Origin: Candidatus Baldrarchaeota archaeon
Lineage (GTDB): Archaea; Asgardarchaeota; Baldrarchaeia; Baldrarchaeales; DXJG01
Length of the DNA stretch: 32,000 nucleotides
Reading direction: 5' to 3'
Assembly (NCBI GenBank): GCA_019056805.1
Contig: DXJG01000002.1
Span: 403,103 to 435,102 of the forward strand
The translations under genes and the position numbers were made by a program. Below the pieces are notes generated by a model. That model saw only the letters and a program-made list of their open reading frames with translations, was not told the DNA's origin and ran no database searches. Of this stretch, positions 8,262 to 17,068 are shown in pieces (the stretch's first letter is position 1; every line of letters starts with the position of its first letter).

Positions 8262-9683
8262 CTATAACCCAAACACTAATGGGTGAAGAATATTATTTGG
8301 GTCCAATGTTCGCTTTATCTTTTTCAAAAGATCAAAGAAACCGTAGTGGACACGAGGCAAAACATATTCTTCCCAGAGAAGACCAGTCCAATACGGCACG
8401 CCACCAGTTTCAATGATCACTTTACGAAGATCAGACCAGACTTTTTCCAAAATATGTTTTTTCTCTGGGTTCTTTAGAAAGAGCGTTATCCAACCAGTAC
8501 AATGGCATCTATCAATACCAAGACCGCTTGCAACCCACGTTATCTCTGGGTTCTTATCAACTCCATGTTTTTTGAAAATTTCATGAGCTTTCCTAATTAG
8601 TTCAGGGAACATCGTAATAGGTCTTAAATGGCATGTATTGTACCAGTATCCCTCTTCAAATAATGGCTGAACAACGTTAAACATTTCGCTCCAATGAAGT
8701 CTAGAGAAGAAAGTTCCAATAAAGAATCCGCCATGTTCCCGAACAATTTTTTCCAAGAGTTTCTTCTTAGCTTCAGCAATTTCTTCACTAGCTTCCTCTA
8801 TAATAACAGCAAGAACAGATTCAACTTCCGGATATTTCTCTGCTAACTGAGGAGCATAACTTGAAACAGTATGTCTATCGGCCATTAAAACAAGTTCCTC
8901 AGCAAGTTTCTTTTTCTGTATTTCATACATAGCTTTCGAAGCTGCCTCAATACTATTAAAACCAAAATCACCGAACACTTTGCCTTCAGGAAGCGGATAA
9001 ATCTTAAGAGTAGCTTCGGTTTTTACACCTAAAATTCCATGATCACCTATAAAGAGACCTGTAAGATCATTGAACGTAGCATACCTAGCAAATTTTTTAG
9101 CTAAAGGATTCCATCCACTTCCAGTCCTTAAGATTTCTCCAGTTGGTAAGACAACTTCCAAACTAACCACACTGTCACCACTACTACCCCATTTAGCGCT
9201 ACCACAACCAACACTGTTAGAAGATAATGATCCACCAACTGTACCGGCATTACCACCAAAAGGCCCTCTAAATCCAACCTTATAACCCAATTTACTCAAT
9301 TTGTAGATGAGTTCAGCCCACCTTAAACCAGCCTGAACGGTAACAGTTTGAGAATCTTCGTCAATTTCAACAATGTTATCCATTCGTGTAAGATCTAAAA
9401 CAATGGCATTAGGTACACGAGGTAAACATGCCCCACAAATACCGCTTCGACCCCCAGCTGGAACCACTGGTACCAAGTATTCATTAGCTAATCTCAATAT
9501 TTGAGAAACCTCTAAAGTTTCCGTTGGACGAACAATTAAACCAGGTATCCTAGCATGGAAAGGCGAGGCATCTTCACTATAACTCAACCTTATTATTTTA
9601 CTTGAACTAACATTTTCAGATCCAACAATACTTTCTAATTCCTCAACAACAGGTCTCATTACGTCTTCATTCAATTCAAACAC
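8262..9683 (-). CDS. FAD-binding oxidoreductase, GlcD / D-lactate dehydrogenase (VAO/PCMH) family
   Basis: PVVPAGGRSGICG, VLDLTRMDNIVEID, TVGGSLSSN, LEVVLPTGEIL, LFIGDHGILGVKTEATLK, LDPNNILHP; GTG start. Confidence 0.88.
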   Translation of the reverse strand: MFELNEDVMRPVVEELESIVGSENVSSSKIIRLSYSEDASPFHARIPGLIVRPTETLEVSQILRLANEYLVPVVPAGGRSGICGACLPRVPNAIVLDLTRMDNIVEIDEDSQTVTVQAGLRWAELIYKLSKLGYKVGFRGPFGGNAGTVGGSLSSNSVGCGSAKWGSSGDSVVSLEVVLPTGEILRTGSGWNPLAKKFARYATFNDLTGLFIGDHGILGVKTEATLKIYPLPEGKVFGDFGFNSIEAASKAMYEIQKKKLAEELVLMADRHTVSSYAPQLAEKYPEVESVLAVIIEEASEEIAEAKKKLLEKIVREHGGFFIGTFFSRLHWSEMFNVVQPLFEEGYWYNTCHLRPITMFPELIRKAHEIFKKHGVDKNPEITWVASGLGIDRCHCTGWITLFLKNPEKKHILEKVWSDLRKVIIETGGVPYWTGLLWEEYVLPRVHYGFFDLLKKIKRTLDPNNILHPLVFGL

Positions 9684-9688
9684 CTAAT

Positions 9689-11131
9689 TTAAGCTATGTG
9701 AACATATTTTTTGTTTGTGAGATGTAAAACCATATATTCAGCTCCACCAATTCCCGAATCTTTAACTCCACCAAACATCATACTAACATCAAAATACTGC
9801 GGATCCTCATTAATTATCACTGAACTAACCTCTAATTGTCTGGCCATTTTCATAGCAACATCCATATCACCGGAATAAACACCTGCCCTCAACCCATATT
9901 TGCAATCATTTGCAAGTTTAATAGCTTCCTCCATAGTTGAAAATTCAACAATGCTTCTAACAGGTCCAAATGCTTCCTCACGCCACAAAAACGGCCTTTT
10001 CTCTTCACTTTTTCCTAAGATAAGACTTTTATCAAACTTTATAAGAGTAGGAGTAAAGAAAGGATCTTCTCTTTTCCCCTCAATTATTTTTTCTCCTCCA
10101 CGCTTTTCAGCATCCTTAACCATAAAATCAATTATATTAAGTGCAGTTTCAGAACCAATTGGACCAATATCAGTATTTTCATTAAGAGGATTACCAACCA
10201 CCAACTTGCTAACTTCATCTTTAAGTACTTCTATGAATTGGTCCGAAATATCCTCATGAACAATAATTCTTTTAAACGAGATACATTGCTGTCCAGCATT
10301 AGTAAATGCTCCTCTAACAATTTTCTTAGCAACGTCTTCAACGTCTACATCAGACATAACAATTCCAGCATCGTTTCCAGCCATTTCCAAAACAATTTTC
10401 TTTAACTTACCACTAATGAAAACCGCTCCATAAAAACTAGTTTTTGTAGAATCTAAATATTTACCAAACTGTATAAGTAGATCTTTACCAGTTGTCGTGC
10501 TACCGTACAAAACAATGGCATCAATAAGAGGATTTGAAACAAATTCCCTAGCAGCTTCTATTCCACTTAAAATACCAACTTCAATAGGTATCGAATCATC
10601 AACTTCTTTAACAAATTCTCTAAGCTTAAGAGCAACCAGCGGAGTTTTTGTTGAAGGCTTAAGAACAACACTATTTCCAGATATCAGAGATGTACCCATT
10701 ATATAACTTGGAAGGAAAAGAGGAGCGTTTCTAGGAGTTATGCCCCCAACGACACCCACGGGTTCATATATAATTTTACCTCTACCCTTAAAACTCTCAA
10801 CATCCTTCTCACGAATCATATCTGCATAATAATCTATAACTAGCATAGCTTGTGTAATTGTTCTTAACACGATTCTTCCATATTTTAATGGAATTCCTCC
10901 CTCTCTAGCTAAAATTTCCAAAACTTCTCTACTCTTCCTACGTATTAACTTTCCAAGAGTTCTGAAAAAATCTATACGCTCTTCAAAACTCTTATTCGAA
11001 ATATTTTCTTGTTCATCTCGAGCCTTCTTAATTTTTCTCCGAAAATCTTCTATAGAATCCATGTTGATTTCAGCGATAATTTCACCAGTATATTTATCGG
11101 TAACTTTCAACATTTTCCTTTCAATCGTCAA
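9689..11131 (-). CDS. NAD(P)-dependent aldehyde dehydrogenase (lactaldehyde dehydrogenase-like)
   Basis: EPVGVVGGITPRN, VLKPS, LEMAGND (general-base Glu), NAGQQCIS (catalytic Cys), EEAFGP, FGGVKDSG; TTG start with GAGGGA upstream. Confidence 0.9.
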   Translation of the reverse strand: MTIERKMLKVTDKYTGEIIAEINMDSIEDFRRKIKKARDEQENISNKSFEERIDFFRTLGKLIRRKSREVLEILAREGGIPLKYGRIVLRTITQAMLVIDYYADMIREKDVESFKGRGKIIYEPVGVVGGITPRNAPLFLPSYIMGTSLISGNSVVLKPSTKTPLVALKLREFVKEVDDSIPIEVGILSGIEAAREFVSNPLIDAIVLYGSTTTGKDLLIQFGKYLDSTKTSFYGAVFISGKLKKIVLEMAGNDAGIVMSDVDVEDVAKKIVRGAFTNAGQQCISFKRIIVHEDISDQFIEVLKDEVSKLVVGNPLNENTDIGPIGSETALNIIDFMVKDAEKRGGEKIIEGKREDPFFTPTLIKFDKSLILGKSEEKRPFLWREEAFGPVRSIVEFSTMEEAIKLANDCKYGLRAGVYSGDMDVAMKMARQLEVSSVIINEDPQYFDVSMMFGGVKDSGIGGAEYMVLHLTNKKYVHIA

Positions 11132-11589
11132 GTTTATCCCTCACACAGCCGCCGCAATACTTTTAGCTCTTCCAACTAGGATTTAAAAATCTAGCTTATA
11201 TATTTTAGCCTTCAAATTCTACAAACACTTGCAGCAAAAACAAGAAGTTATGTCGCTCCGATGAATATCATCTTTTAAACATCGTTCTTAATCTCATTAT
11301 TAACGTGTGTAACCAATTAATTATTTTAATTAAAGAAAGCAACCAGAAGATAGTATGAAATTAATCCCTATCCCTATGAACATTAAATTTTTTATCCTAT
11401 CCGAGATTTGTGAAATATTTTTGAATATTAACTTTTATTATGTGAAGTTTTATAAAAGACATAACATTCTTAGTATTAATTCAAAAATATTTTTGCTGGA
11501 AACTTTATTTTTCTAAAAAAATAATTTGCCTTGTTTTTCAATAAATTTAATTTATAGGAAGCCTACATGAAATATGGGAAGGATTAAAA

Positions 11590-12735
11590 GTGAATAATCA
11601 AAAAAGGAAAATCGATTTTCTTCAAGGAAATGATGCAATCGTGGAAGGCGCTATCTTAGCTGGATGTAGGTTTTTTGCCGGTTACCCGATAACTCCTTCA
11701 TCAGAAATAATGGAGAGCATGGCTAAAAAACTACCATTGATAGGCGGAGTATTCATACAAATGGAAGACGAATTAGGTAGCATAGCAGCAGCAATCGGAG
11801 CATCCCTAACAGGACTGAAAGCTATGACAGCAACTTCCGGGCCAGGTTTCAGTCTAATGCAAGAAAACATCGGACTAGCAATAATGTGCGAAGTACCAAT
11901 CGTGATAGTTAACGTGATGAGGGGAGGACCAAGCACAGGACTACCAACAAAAGCATCGCAAGCAGATATTATGCAAACAAGATGGGGACATCACGGAGAT
12001 GGAGAAGTAATAGCTTTGGCTCCATGGTCTGTCCAAGAATGCTTGGATTTAACAATAAAGGCGTTTAACCTCGCTGAGGAATATCGAACCCCAGTAATCG
12101 TACTAAGCGATGCCATACTTGCACACCTAAGAGAAGTAGTTACAATCCCTAATCCTGAAGAAATTGAGATAATTGAAAGAAAACGTCCAAAAACACCTCC
12201 TGAAGAATTTATTCCATTCAAAGCTGATGAAACTCTGGTTCCGCCAATGGCTGTTCTAGGTGAAGGATATAGAGTACACTATACAGGATTAAGTCATGAC
12301 GAGCATGGTTACCCAACGGATGATCCAGAGAATTATAGAAAACTAATTGAGCGAATAACAGCAAAAATCAGAAAAAATGCAGATAAGATTGTGTCATGGG
12401 ATACAAAATACATAGAGGATGCTGAGCTAGTGCTTATTTCTTATGGAAGTTCAGCAAGGGCGGCACTACAATCATGTATTGAAGCTCGGAAACAAGGATA
12501 TAATGTTGGTTTTCTAAAGTTAACTACTATTTGGCCATTTCCAGAAAAAACAGTCAAAAAAATAGCCGAAACTGTGAGTAAGATGCTTGTTTTAGAACAA
12601 AACATGGGACAAGTAGTACACTTGGTCAAAGAAGCAACTGAAGGCAAAGCAGAAGTAGAATTTTATTCAAAAGTAGGTGGAGAGCCATTTTTACCTCAAG
12701 AAATTCTTAAACAAATTAGGAGGATAATGAAATGA
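11590..12735 (+). CDS. korA: 2-oxoacid:ferredoxin oxidoreductase alpha subunit (KorA-like)
   Basis: GNDAIVEGA, FFAGYPITPSSE, QMEDE, TATSGPGFSLMQE, MRGGPSTGLPT motifs; GTG start. Confidence 0.92.
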   Translation: MNNQKRKIDFLQGNDAIVEGAILAGCRFFAGYPITPSSEIMESMAKKLPLIGGVFIQMEDELGSIAAAIGASLTGLKAMTATSGPGFSLMQENIGLAIMCEVPIVIVNVMRGGPSTGLPTKASQADIMQTRWGHHGDGEVIALAPWSVQECLDLTIKAFNLAEEYRTPVIVLSDAILAHLREVVTIPNPEEIEIIERKRPKTPPEEFIPFKADETLVPPMAVLGEGYRVHYTGLSHDEHGYPTDDPENYRKLIERITAKIRKNADKIVSWDTKYIEDAELVLISYGSSARAALQSCIEARKQGYNVGFLKLTTIWPFPEKTVKKIAETVSKMLVLEQNMGQVVHLVKEATEGKAEVEFYSKVGGEPFLPQEILKQIRRIMK

Positions 12736-13604
12736 AAATCAGCCCAGTAAGAAAATATCTCAGAGAAGACAGGTTACCGACGATTTTCTGTCCAGGATGT
12801 GGAGTAGGCATGATAATAAATGCCACAATAACTGCGCTCGACCAGCTAAAAATAGATTTTAAAAAAACAGTTATGGTTTCTGGTATTGGATGTGCAGGGC
12901 GTATACCAGGATACATAAAAGTAGATTCACTCCATGCAACACATGGACGTGCAATAGCTTATGCCACAGGAATAAAACTAGCCAACCCAGAACTTAATGT
13001 AATAGTATTTACAGGAGATGGAGATACTGGAGCAATAGGCATAAGTCACTTTGTTCATGCAGCTAGGAGAAACATAGACATAAAAGTAATTTGCGTAAAT
13101 AATCTAAATTACGCTCTAACAGGAGGACAATTCTCACCTACGACACCAAAAGGCGCATGGACATATACATCACCCTATGGAAACATAGAAGGCTTCTTTG
13201 ACCTATGCGAGCTTGCAGTAGCAGCAGGAGCATCCTACGTAGCCAGATGGACCGTTAGAGAAATATTTAGCCTAGTTCGCAGCATAAAGAAAGCCATGAA
13301 AAAGAAAGGATTCTGCTTCATAGAGGTAATATCGCCATGTCCAACCAATTTTGGACGAAGAAATAAAATGGAAACCTCACAAGAATTAATTAGATTTTTC
13401 AAAGAAAGAGAAATAAGTGTGAAAGATGCTCAAGGATTAAGTAGAGAAGAAATCAGAGGAAAACTAATAATAGGAGAGTTCATAGACCGAGAATTACCAG
13501 AATACACAGAAACCTACAAAGAACTAATACTTGTATCACAAAAAAGATTTAAAGAACCAGAAAAACCCGGACTGGCATGGATTGAACTAGAAATAAGATA
13601 TTAG
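12732..13604 (+). CDS. korB: 2-oxoacid:ferredoxin oxidoreductase beta subunit (TPP-binding)
   Basis: FCPGCG, SGIGC, LHATHGRA, GDGD...NN TPP motif, GGQFSPTTP, SPCPT; 4-bp overlap with the alpha stop. Confidence 0.93.
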   Translation: MKISPVRKYLREDRLPTIFCPGCGVGMIINATITALDQLKIDFKKTVMVSGIGCAGRIPGYIKVDSLHATHGRAIAYATGIKLANPELNVIVFTGDGDTGAIGISHFVHAARRNIDIKVICVNNLNYALTGGQFSPTTPKGAWTYTSPYGNIEGFFDLCELAVAAGASYVARWTVREIFSLVRSIKKAMKKKGFCFIEVISPCPTNFGRRNKMETSQELIRFFKEREISVKDAQGLSREEIRGKLIIGEFIDRELPEYTETYKELILVSQKRFKEPEKPGLAWIELEIRY

Positions 13605-13614
13605 GGTGTCAAAA

Positions 13615-14190
13615 ATGAGTCGTATAGAAATAATCTTAGCTGGATTAGGCGGTCAAGGAATGATTACTGCTGGAATAATTTTAGCCAGAGCAGTTGCAAT
13701 TCACGGCAAAAAATATGTCGCACAATCACAAAGCTATGGACCCGAAGCTAGAGGCGGATCAGCAAGAAGCGAAGTAGTAATTAGCGACGAAGAAATAATA
13801 TACCCTCACGTCACAAACCCTGACATATTAGTTGTAATGTCCAAACAATCACTAAAAAATTACATAAATAAATTAAAGCCGGGTGGCACATTAATATACG
13901 ATTCCAGTCTCCTAAAAGAGCCCAAAAAAGATGGAATCATTGTTTATGGTATTCCAGCAACAAAGTTAGCATCTGAAAATCTAAAAATAAAAGGGGTTGC
14001 AAACATAGTTATGTTAGGAGCCTTAATTCAAATAACCCAAATAATCAATAAAGAAGCAATAGAAAAAACAATCAAAGAGGTTTTTCCAGAGAAATTCTGG
14101 GAAGCAGACATAAAAGCCTTAAATATAGGAATAGAAGTTGCAAAAAAACTTGTCAAACTCTCTCAACAAGCTTCTCGGCAACAAAAGTAA
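13615..14190 (+). CDS. korC: 2-oxoacid:ferredoxin oxidoreductase gamma subunit
   Basis: AGLGGQG, QSYGPEARGGSARSEV, ANIVMLGA motifs; ATG at 13615 is 6 nt after GGGTG (the ORF track starts at GTG 13606). Confidence 0.9.
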   Translation: MSRIEIILAGLGGQGMITAGIILARAVAIHGKKYVAQSQSYGPEARGGSARSEVVISDEEIIYPHVTNPDILVVMSKQSLKNYINKLKPGGTLIYDSSLLKEPKKDGIIVYGIPATKLASENLKIKGVANIVMLGALIQITQIINKEAIEKTIKEVFPEKFWEADIKALNIGIEVAKKLVKLSQQASRQQK

Positions 14191-14662
14191 ATACATCAAA
14201 AACATTTTCTCCAGTTTTTGCACTAGTCTCGAAATAGGGTATGTTAAGCCATTTCGTAATCATTTCTCCTGCTTGAGCCGGAACTAATCTTTTCTCATTT
14301 AAGTCTACTTTATTACCTACAAGGACCAGAAATCCACCACCACTATGTTTATAGAAAGCTTTAATCCACCTATTAACTAAAAGGAAAGTCTCTGGACGAG
14401 TAACATCGAAAACCAATATTCCTGCAGAAGCTCCTTTAAAATAATATTTTCTCATAATTTCAAACCTTTCCTGACCAGAAAGATCCCATATCTGAAGAGT
14501 AACTTCGGTATCGTCTATTTTTACTTTTTTAACAGCAAAATCGGCACCTAAAGTTGGTTTATAGTCCTCAGTGAATTTATTTTGACAAAATCTTATAATT
14601 AAGCTTGTTTTTCCAACTCCACCTTCACCAGCCATGCAAACTTTAAATAAAAATCTCTTCAA
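14153..14662 (-). CDS. Rab-like small GTPase (Ras superfamily, Asgard-type)
   Basis: G1 GEGGVGKT, G2 PTLGADF, G3 QIWDLSGQERF, YYFKGA, LVFDVT, G4 GNKVD, G5 ETSAK; no C-terminal Cys prenylation motif; TTG start with GGAG SD. Confidence 0.93.
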   Translation of the reverse strand: MKRFLFKVCMAGEGGVGKTSLIIRFCQNKFTEDYKPTLGADFAVKKVKIDDTEVTLQIWDLSGQERFEIMRKYYFKGASAGILVFDVTRPETFLLVNRWIKAFYKHSGGGFLVLVGNKVDLNEKRLVPAQAGEMITKWLNIPYFETSAKTGENVFDVFTFVAEKLVERV

Positions 14663-14986
14663 AATAACCGCTCCTTATAGTTGCTTAGCATATAACTTGC
14701 ATTCTTGTTCCTTATAAAGATTTACAACTAACCAAAAGAGGAAACTCCGCCAATTCCCAAAATATTAACATCTAAAAACAAAAAAACAAATAAAAACGAA
14801 ATAATCTATTTGTCTTACTTTAATTCAAGCAGAATATCATTGCATAAAAAATAACCAGTACTGTCCTCATAACATTGAACTTTACAATGAAATTAATACA
14901 TTAAACATCAACAATAATAACATTAAACTTCAATAGAATTACGAGTTCCCAAATATTTGAAAATCGATCTTTAAGGAGGTTCTACG

Positions 14987-15922
14987 ATTAAAATAACCGT
15001 TTTGGGAGATGTAAATATAGATATAGTAGTGAAAATAGGTAATTTTCCAACAAAAAGTACGAAGATTATAGCCAAAAATATAGGATTGCACGGTGGAGGG
15101 TCGGCAGCAAATACAGCTATCGCTGCTGCAAGACTTGGAGCAAAAACACGGTTCATAGGAAAAATCGGAAATGATATGCTTGGCAATTTCTTAAAAAACG
15201 AATTTATTAAAAATAAAGTAAATATAGAATCCCTAGCTATAGATGAAAAAGAAAAAACAGGAATTATGATATTTTTTATTTCAAGTAGCGGAAAAAGGAC
15301 AGTTATAGGATACAGGGGTGCAAATAGAAATTTAAAACCAGATGATGTAAAAGAAGAAACAATAATCAGCAGTGATGTTCTACATATTTCAGCGTACACC
15401 CTGCTCGACGAATCCCCAAGGATGACTGCCGTAAAAGCTTTAAGTTTAGCACTTAAAAACAATATTTTAACAGCTTTCGATACAGGTTTTCACAGCGAAA
15501 CACCAACTAAAACAATTAAAAAGATTCTGGAAAAAGTAGATATATTTTTCTGCAACGAACAAGAAATTCAAGAAATTACAAACACAAAAAATATAGAACA
15601 TGCCCTTAAAGAAATTAAGAATCTAGGTCCAAAAATTATTGTTTTAAAACTTGGAGAAAAAGGGTGTTTAATCGAAAAAGGAGAAACAAGAGTTCATATT
15701 CCTGCCTTTAATGTTCAAGTTGTCGACGTTATTGGAGCAGGGGACGCTTTTAATGCCGGGTTCCTTGTAAAATATGTAGAAACAAAAGATATACTAAAGG
15801 CAGGTATCTTTGGGAACGCGGTAGCAGCCTTAACAATATCTAGAATAGGAGCAAGAAGTACTCCAACTAAAAAGGAAGTCGAAAATTTTCTAAAAACTAA
15901 AAAATTAGCTAAAATAAAATAG
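14987..15922 (+). CDS. PfkB/ribokinase family carbohydrate kinase
   Basis: (I)KITVLGDVNID, GGGSAANTAIAAARLG, IGKIGND..G, FCNEQE, VLKLGEKG, DVIGAGDAFNAGF; start extended to ATT 14987 on SD and homology grounds (the track starts at TTG 15002). Confidence 0.88.
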   Translation: MKITVLGDVNIDIVVKIGNFPTKSTKIIAKNIGLHGGGSAANTAIAAARLGAKTRFIGKIGNDMLGNFLKNEFIKNKVNIESLAIDEKEKTGIMIFFISSSGKRTVIGYRGANRNLKPDDVKEETIISSDVLHISAYTLLDESPRMTAVKALSLALKNNILTAFDTGFHSETPTKTIKKILEKVDIFFCNEQEIQEITNTKNIEHALKEIKNLGPKIIVLKLGEKGCLIEKGETRVHIPAFNVQVVDVIGAGDAFNAGFLVKYVETKDILKAGIFGNAVAALTISRIGARSTPTKKEVENFLKTKKLAKIK

Positions 15923-15959
15923 ATTTAAAGGGGAGTCTCCTCTCATTTCACATATTATA

Positions 15960-16331
15960 TTATTCACTTTCGTATGCAATCTCTGACATATCATTACTAA
16001 GGTTAATTTCTCCGATTTCATCAGGAATTATTTGATAACTGCCGTATTTCCCTATTTGAAGCTTCATATGTCCTTTAAAAATTACCGTATAAGCATTCGT
16101 AATCTTTACAATATCGCCAACATTAATGTCATCAACCTGTTCATTCCAAAGCGTTATTTTTATAATTCCGCTTTCATCACCAATGGTTGCATCACACACT
16201 CTTAAACGTTCCCTGGAACTTTGAGAATAGAATTCCCTAGCTTCACTTTTCTCCAGTACTTTAACTTTAAGATTTACGTTCTTGGATTTTGGTGTTAATT
16301 GCGAGATCTTCGTATCAATAGATTTTTGCAT
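15960..16331 (-). CDS. ssb: Single-OB-fold ssDNA-binding protein, crenarchaeal SSB / hSSB1-like, tail-less paralog
   Basis: VNLKVKVLE, DATIGDESGIIKITLWN, VKITNAYTVIFKGHMKLQIGKYG match the Sulfolobus-type SSB OB-fold. Confidence 0.88.
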   Translation of the reverse strand: MQKSIDTKISQLTPKSKNVNLKVKVLEKSEAREFYSQSSRERLRVCDATIGDESGIIKITLWNEQVDDINVGDIVKITNAYTVIFKGHMKLQIGKYGSYQIIPDEIGEINLSNDMSEIAYESE

Positions 16332-16365
16332 AATTTAAACCCGCTATAAACTCGCTTAAAAGAAG

Positions 16366-16836
16366 TTACCTTCTTCTTTTTCCTTCCTGTCTTTCTCTTT
16401 TCCAGCCGCCACCATAAGATTTACCGCCACCTCTACCTCTGTCGCCAAATGATCGCCTTCTTGGTTGAGAATATTCTCTCAAGCTTACATTGTTTTCTTC
16501 GTTCACTTCTAAATCTTCTTCCTCTTCAACTTTTTCGAAGGTACCATATCTACCAATGTTAAGACGCATTGTTCCTCTAAAAAGAGAAACATATCCGTTG
16601 CTTATTTTCAAAATGTCACCTACAGATATCTCGTCGATATGTTTATCCCATAGTGTCATAAGTACTGTCCCTGTTTCGTCGCCAACTGTTGCTTCTGCAA
16701 CTTTATGGCTGCTACCATCTCTGCTACTTGTAACTTCTCTAACGTCGCCTTTTCCGACGACTTTCACTTTTAGATTTACTCTACGGCTGCGCGGAGAAAG
16801 ATCTGAGACTTTCACAAATTCTGGACTAGTTTCCAA
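16366..16836 (-). CDS. ssb: Single-OB-fold ssDNA-binding protein with RGG-like basic tail
   Basis: VNLKVKVV, EATVGDETGTVLMTLWD, LFRGTMRLNIGRYG; tail QPRRRSFGDRGRGGGKSYGGGWKRERQEGKRRR; TTG start, GAGGT SD. Confidence 0.9.
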   Translation of the reverse strand: METSPEFVKVSDLSPRSRRVNLKVKVVGKGDVREVTSSRDGSSHKVAEATVGDETGTVLMTLWDKHIDEISVGDILKISNGYVSLFRGTMRLNIGRYGTFEKVEEEEDLEVNEENNVSLREYSQPRRRSFGDRGRGGGKSYGGGWKRERQEGKRRR

Positions 16837-16864
16837 ACTTTACTACCTCTTTTTTGTGTATTTA

Positions 16865-16908
16865 ACTCCACCCCTCCAAGCTAAAAACATAGCTGTAAAG
16901 GGCGAAGT
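16865..16908 (-). promoter_or_regulatory. Predicted 5'-leader RNA hairpin of the ssb operon
   Basis: ACUUCGCCCUUU pairs with GAGGGGUGGAGU (12 bp, 4 G-U), a 2x2 internal loop, AGCUA/UAGCU (5 bp) and a 6-nt loop; pairing works only on the minus strand. Confidence 0.6.
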
Positions 16909-16930
16909 GACACAACATACAAATTATTAC

Positions 16931-16945
16931 TTATAAAAGTTTTCA
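16931..16945 (-). promoter_or_regulatory. BRE-TATA promoter of the ssb pair
   Basis: Minus strand GAAAAC-TTTTATAA; the expected TSS about 24 nt downstream coincides with the hairpin 5' end (~16908). Confidence 0.55.
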
Positions 16946-17068
16946 TATGTTCAAACTAATCCAAAAAACCAAAAATAACGAAGGATAGCAAAATTTTAGG
17001 ATATAGCATTTTAGACTTATACCGCAAGATAGGAAAATATCATGATCATACGTTGTGAGTTTATCCTG

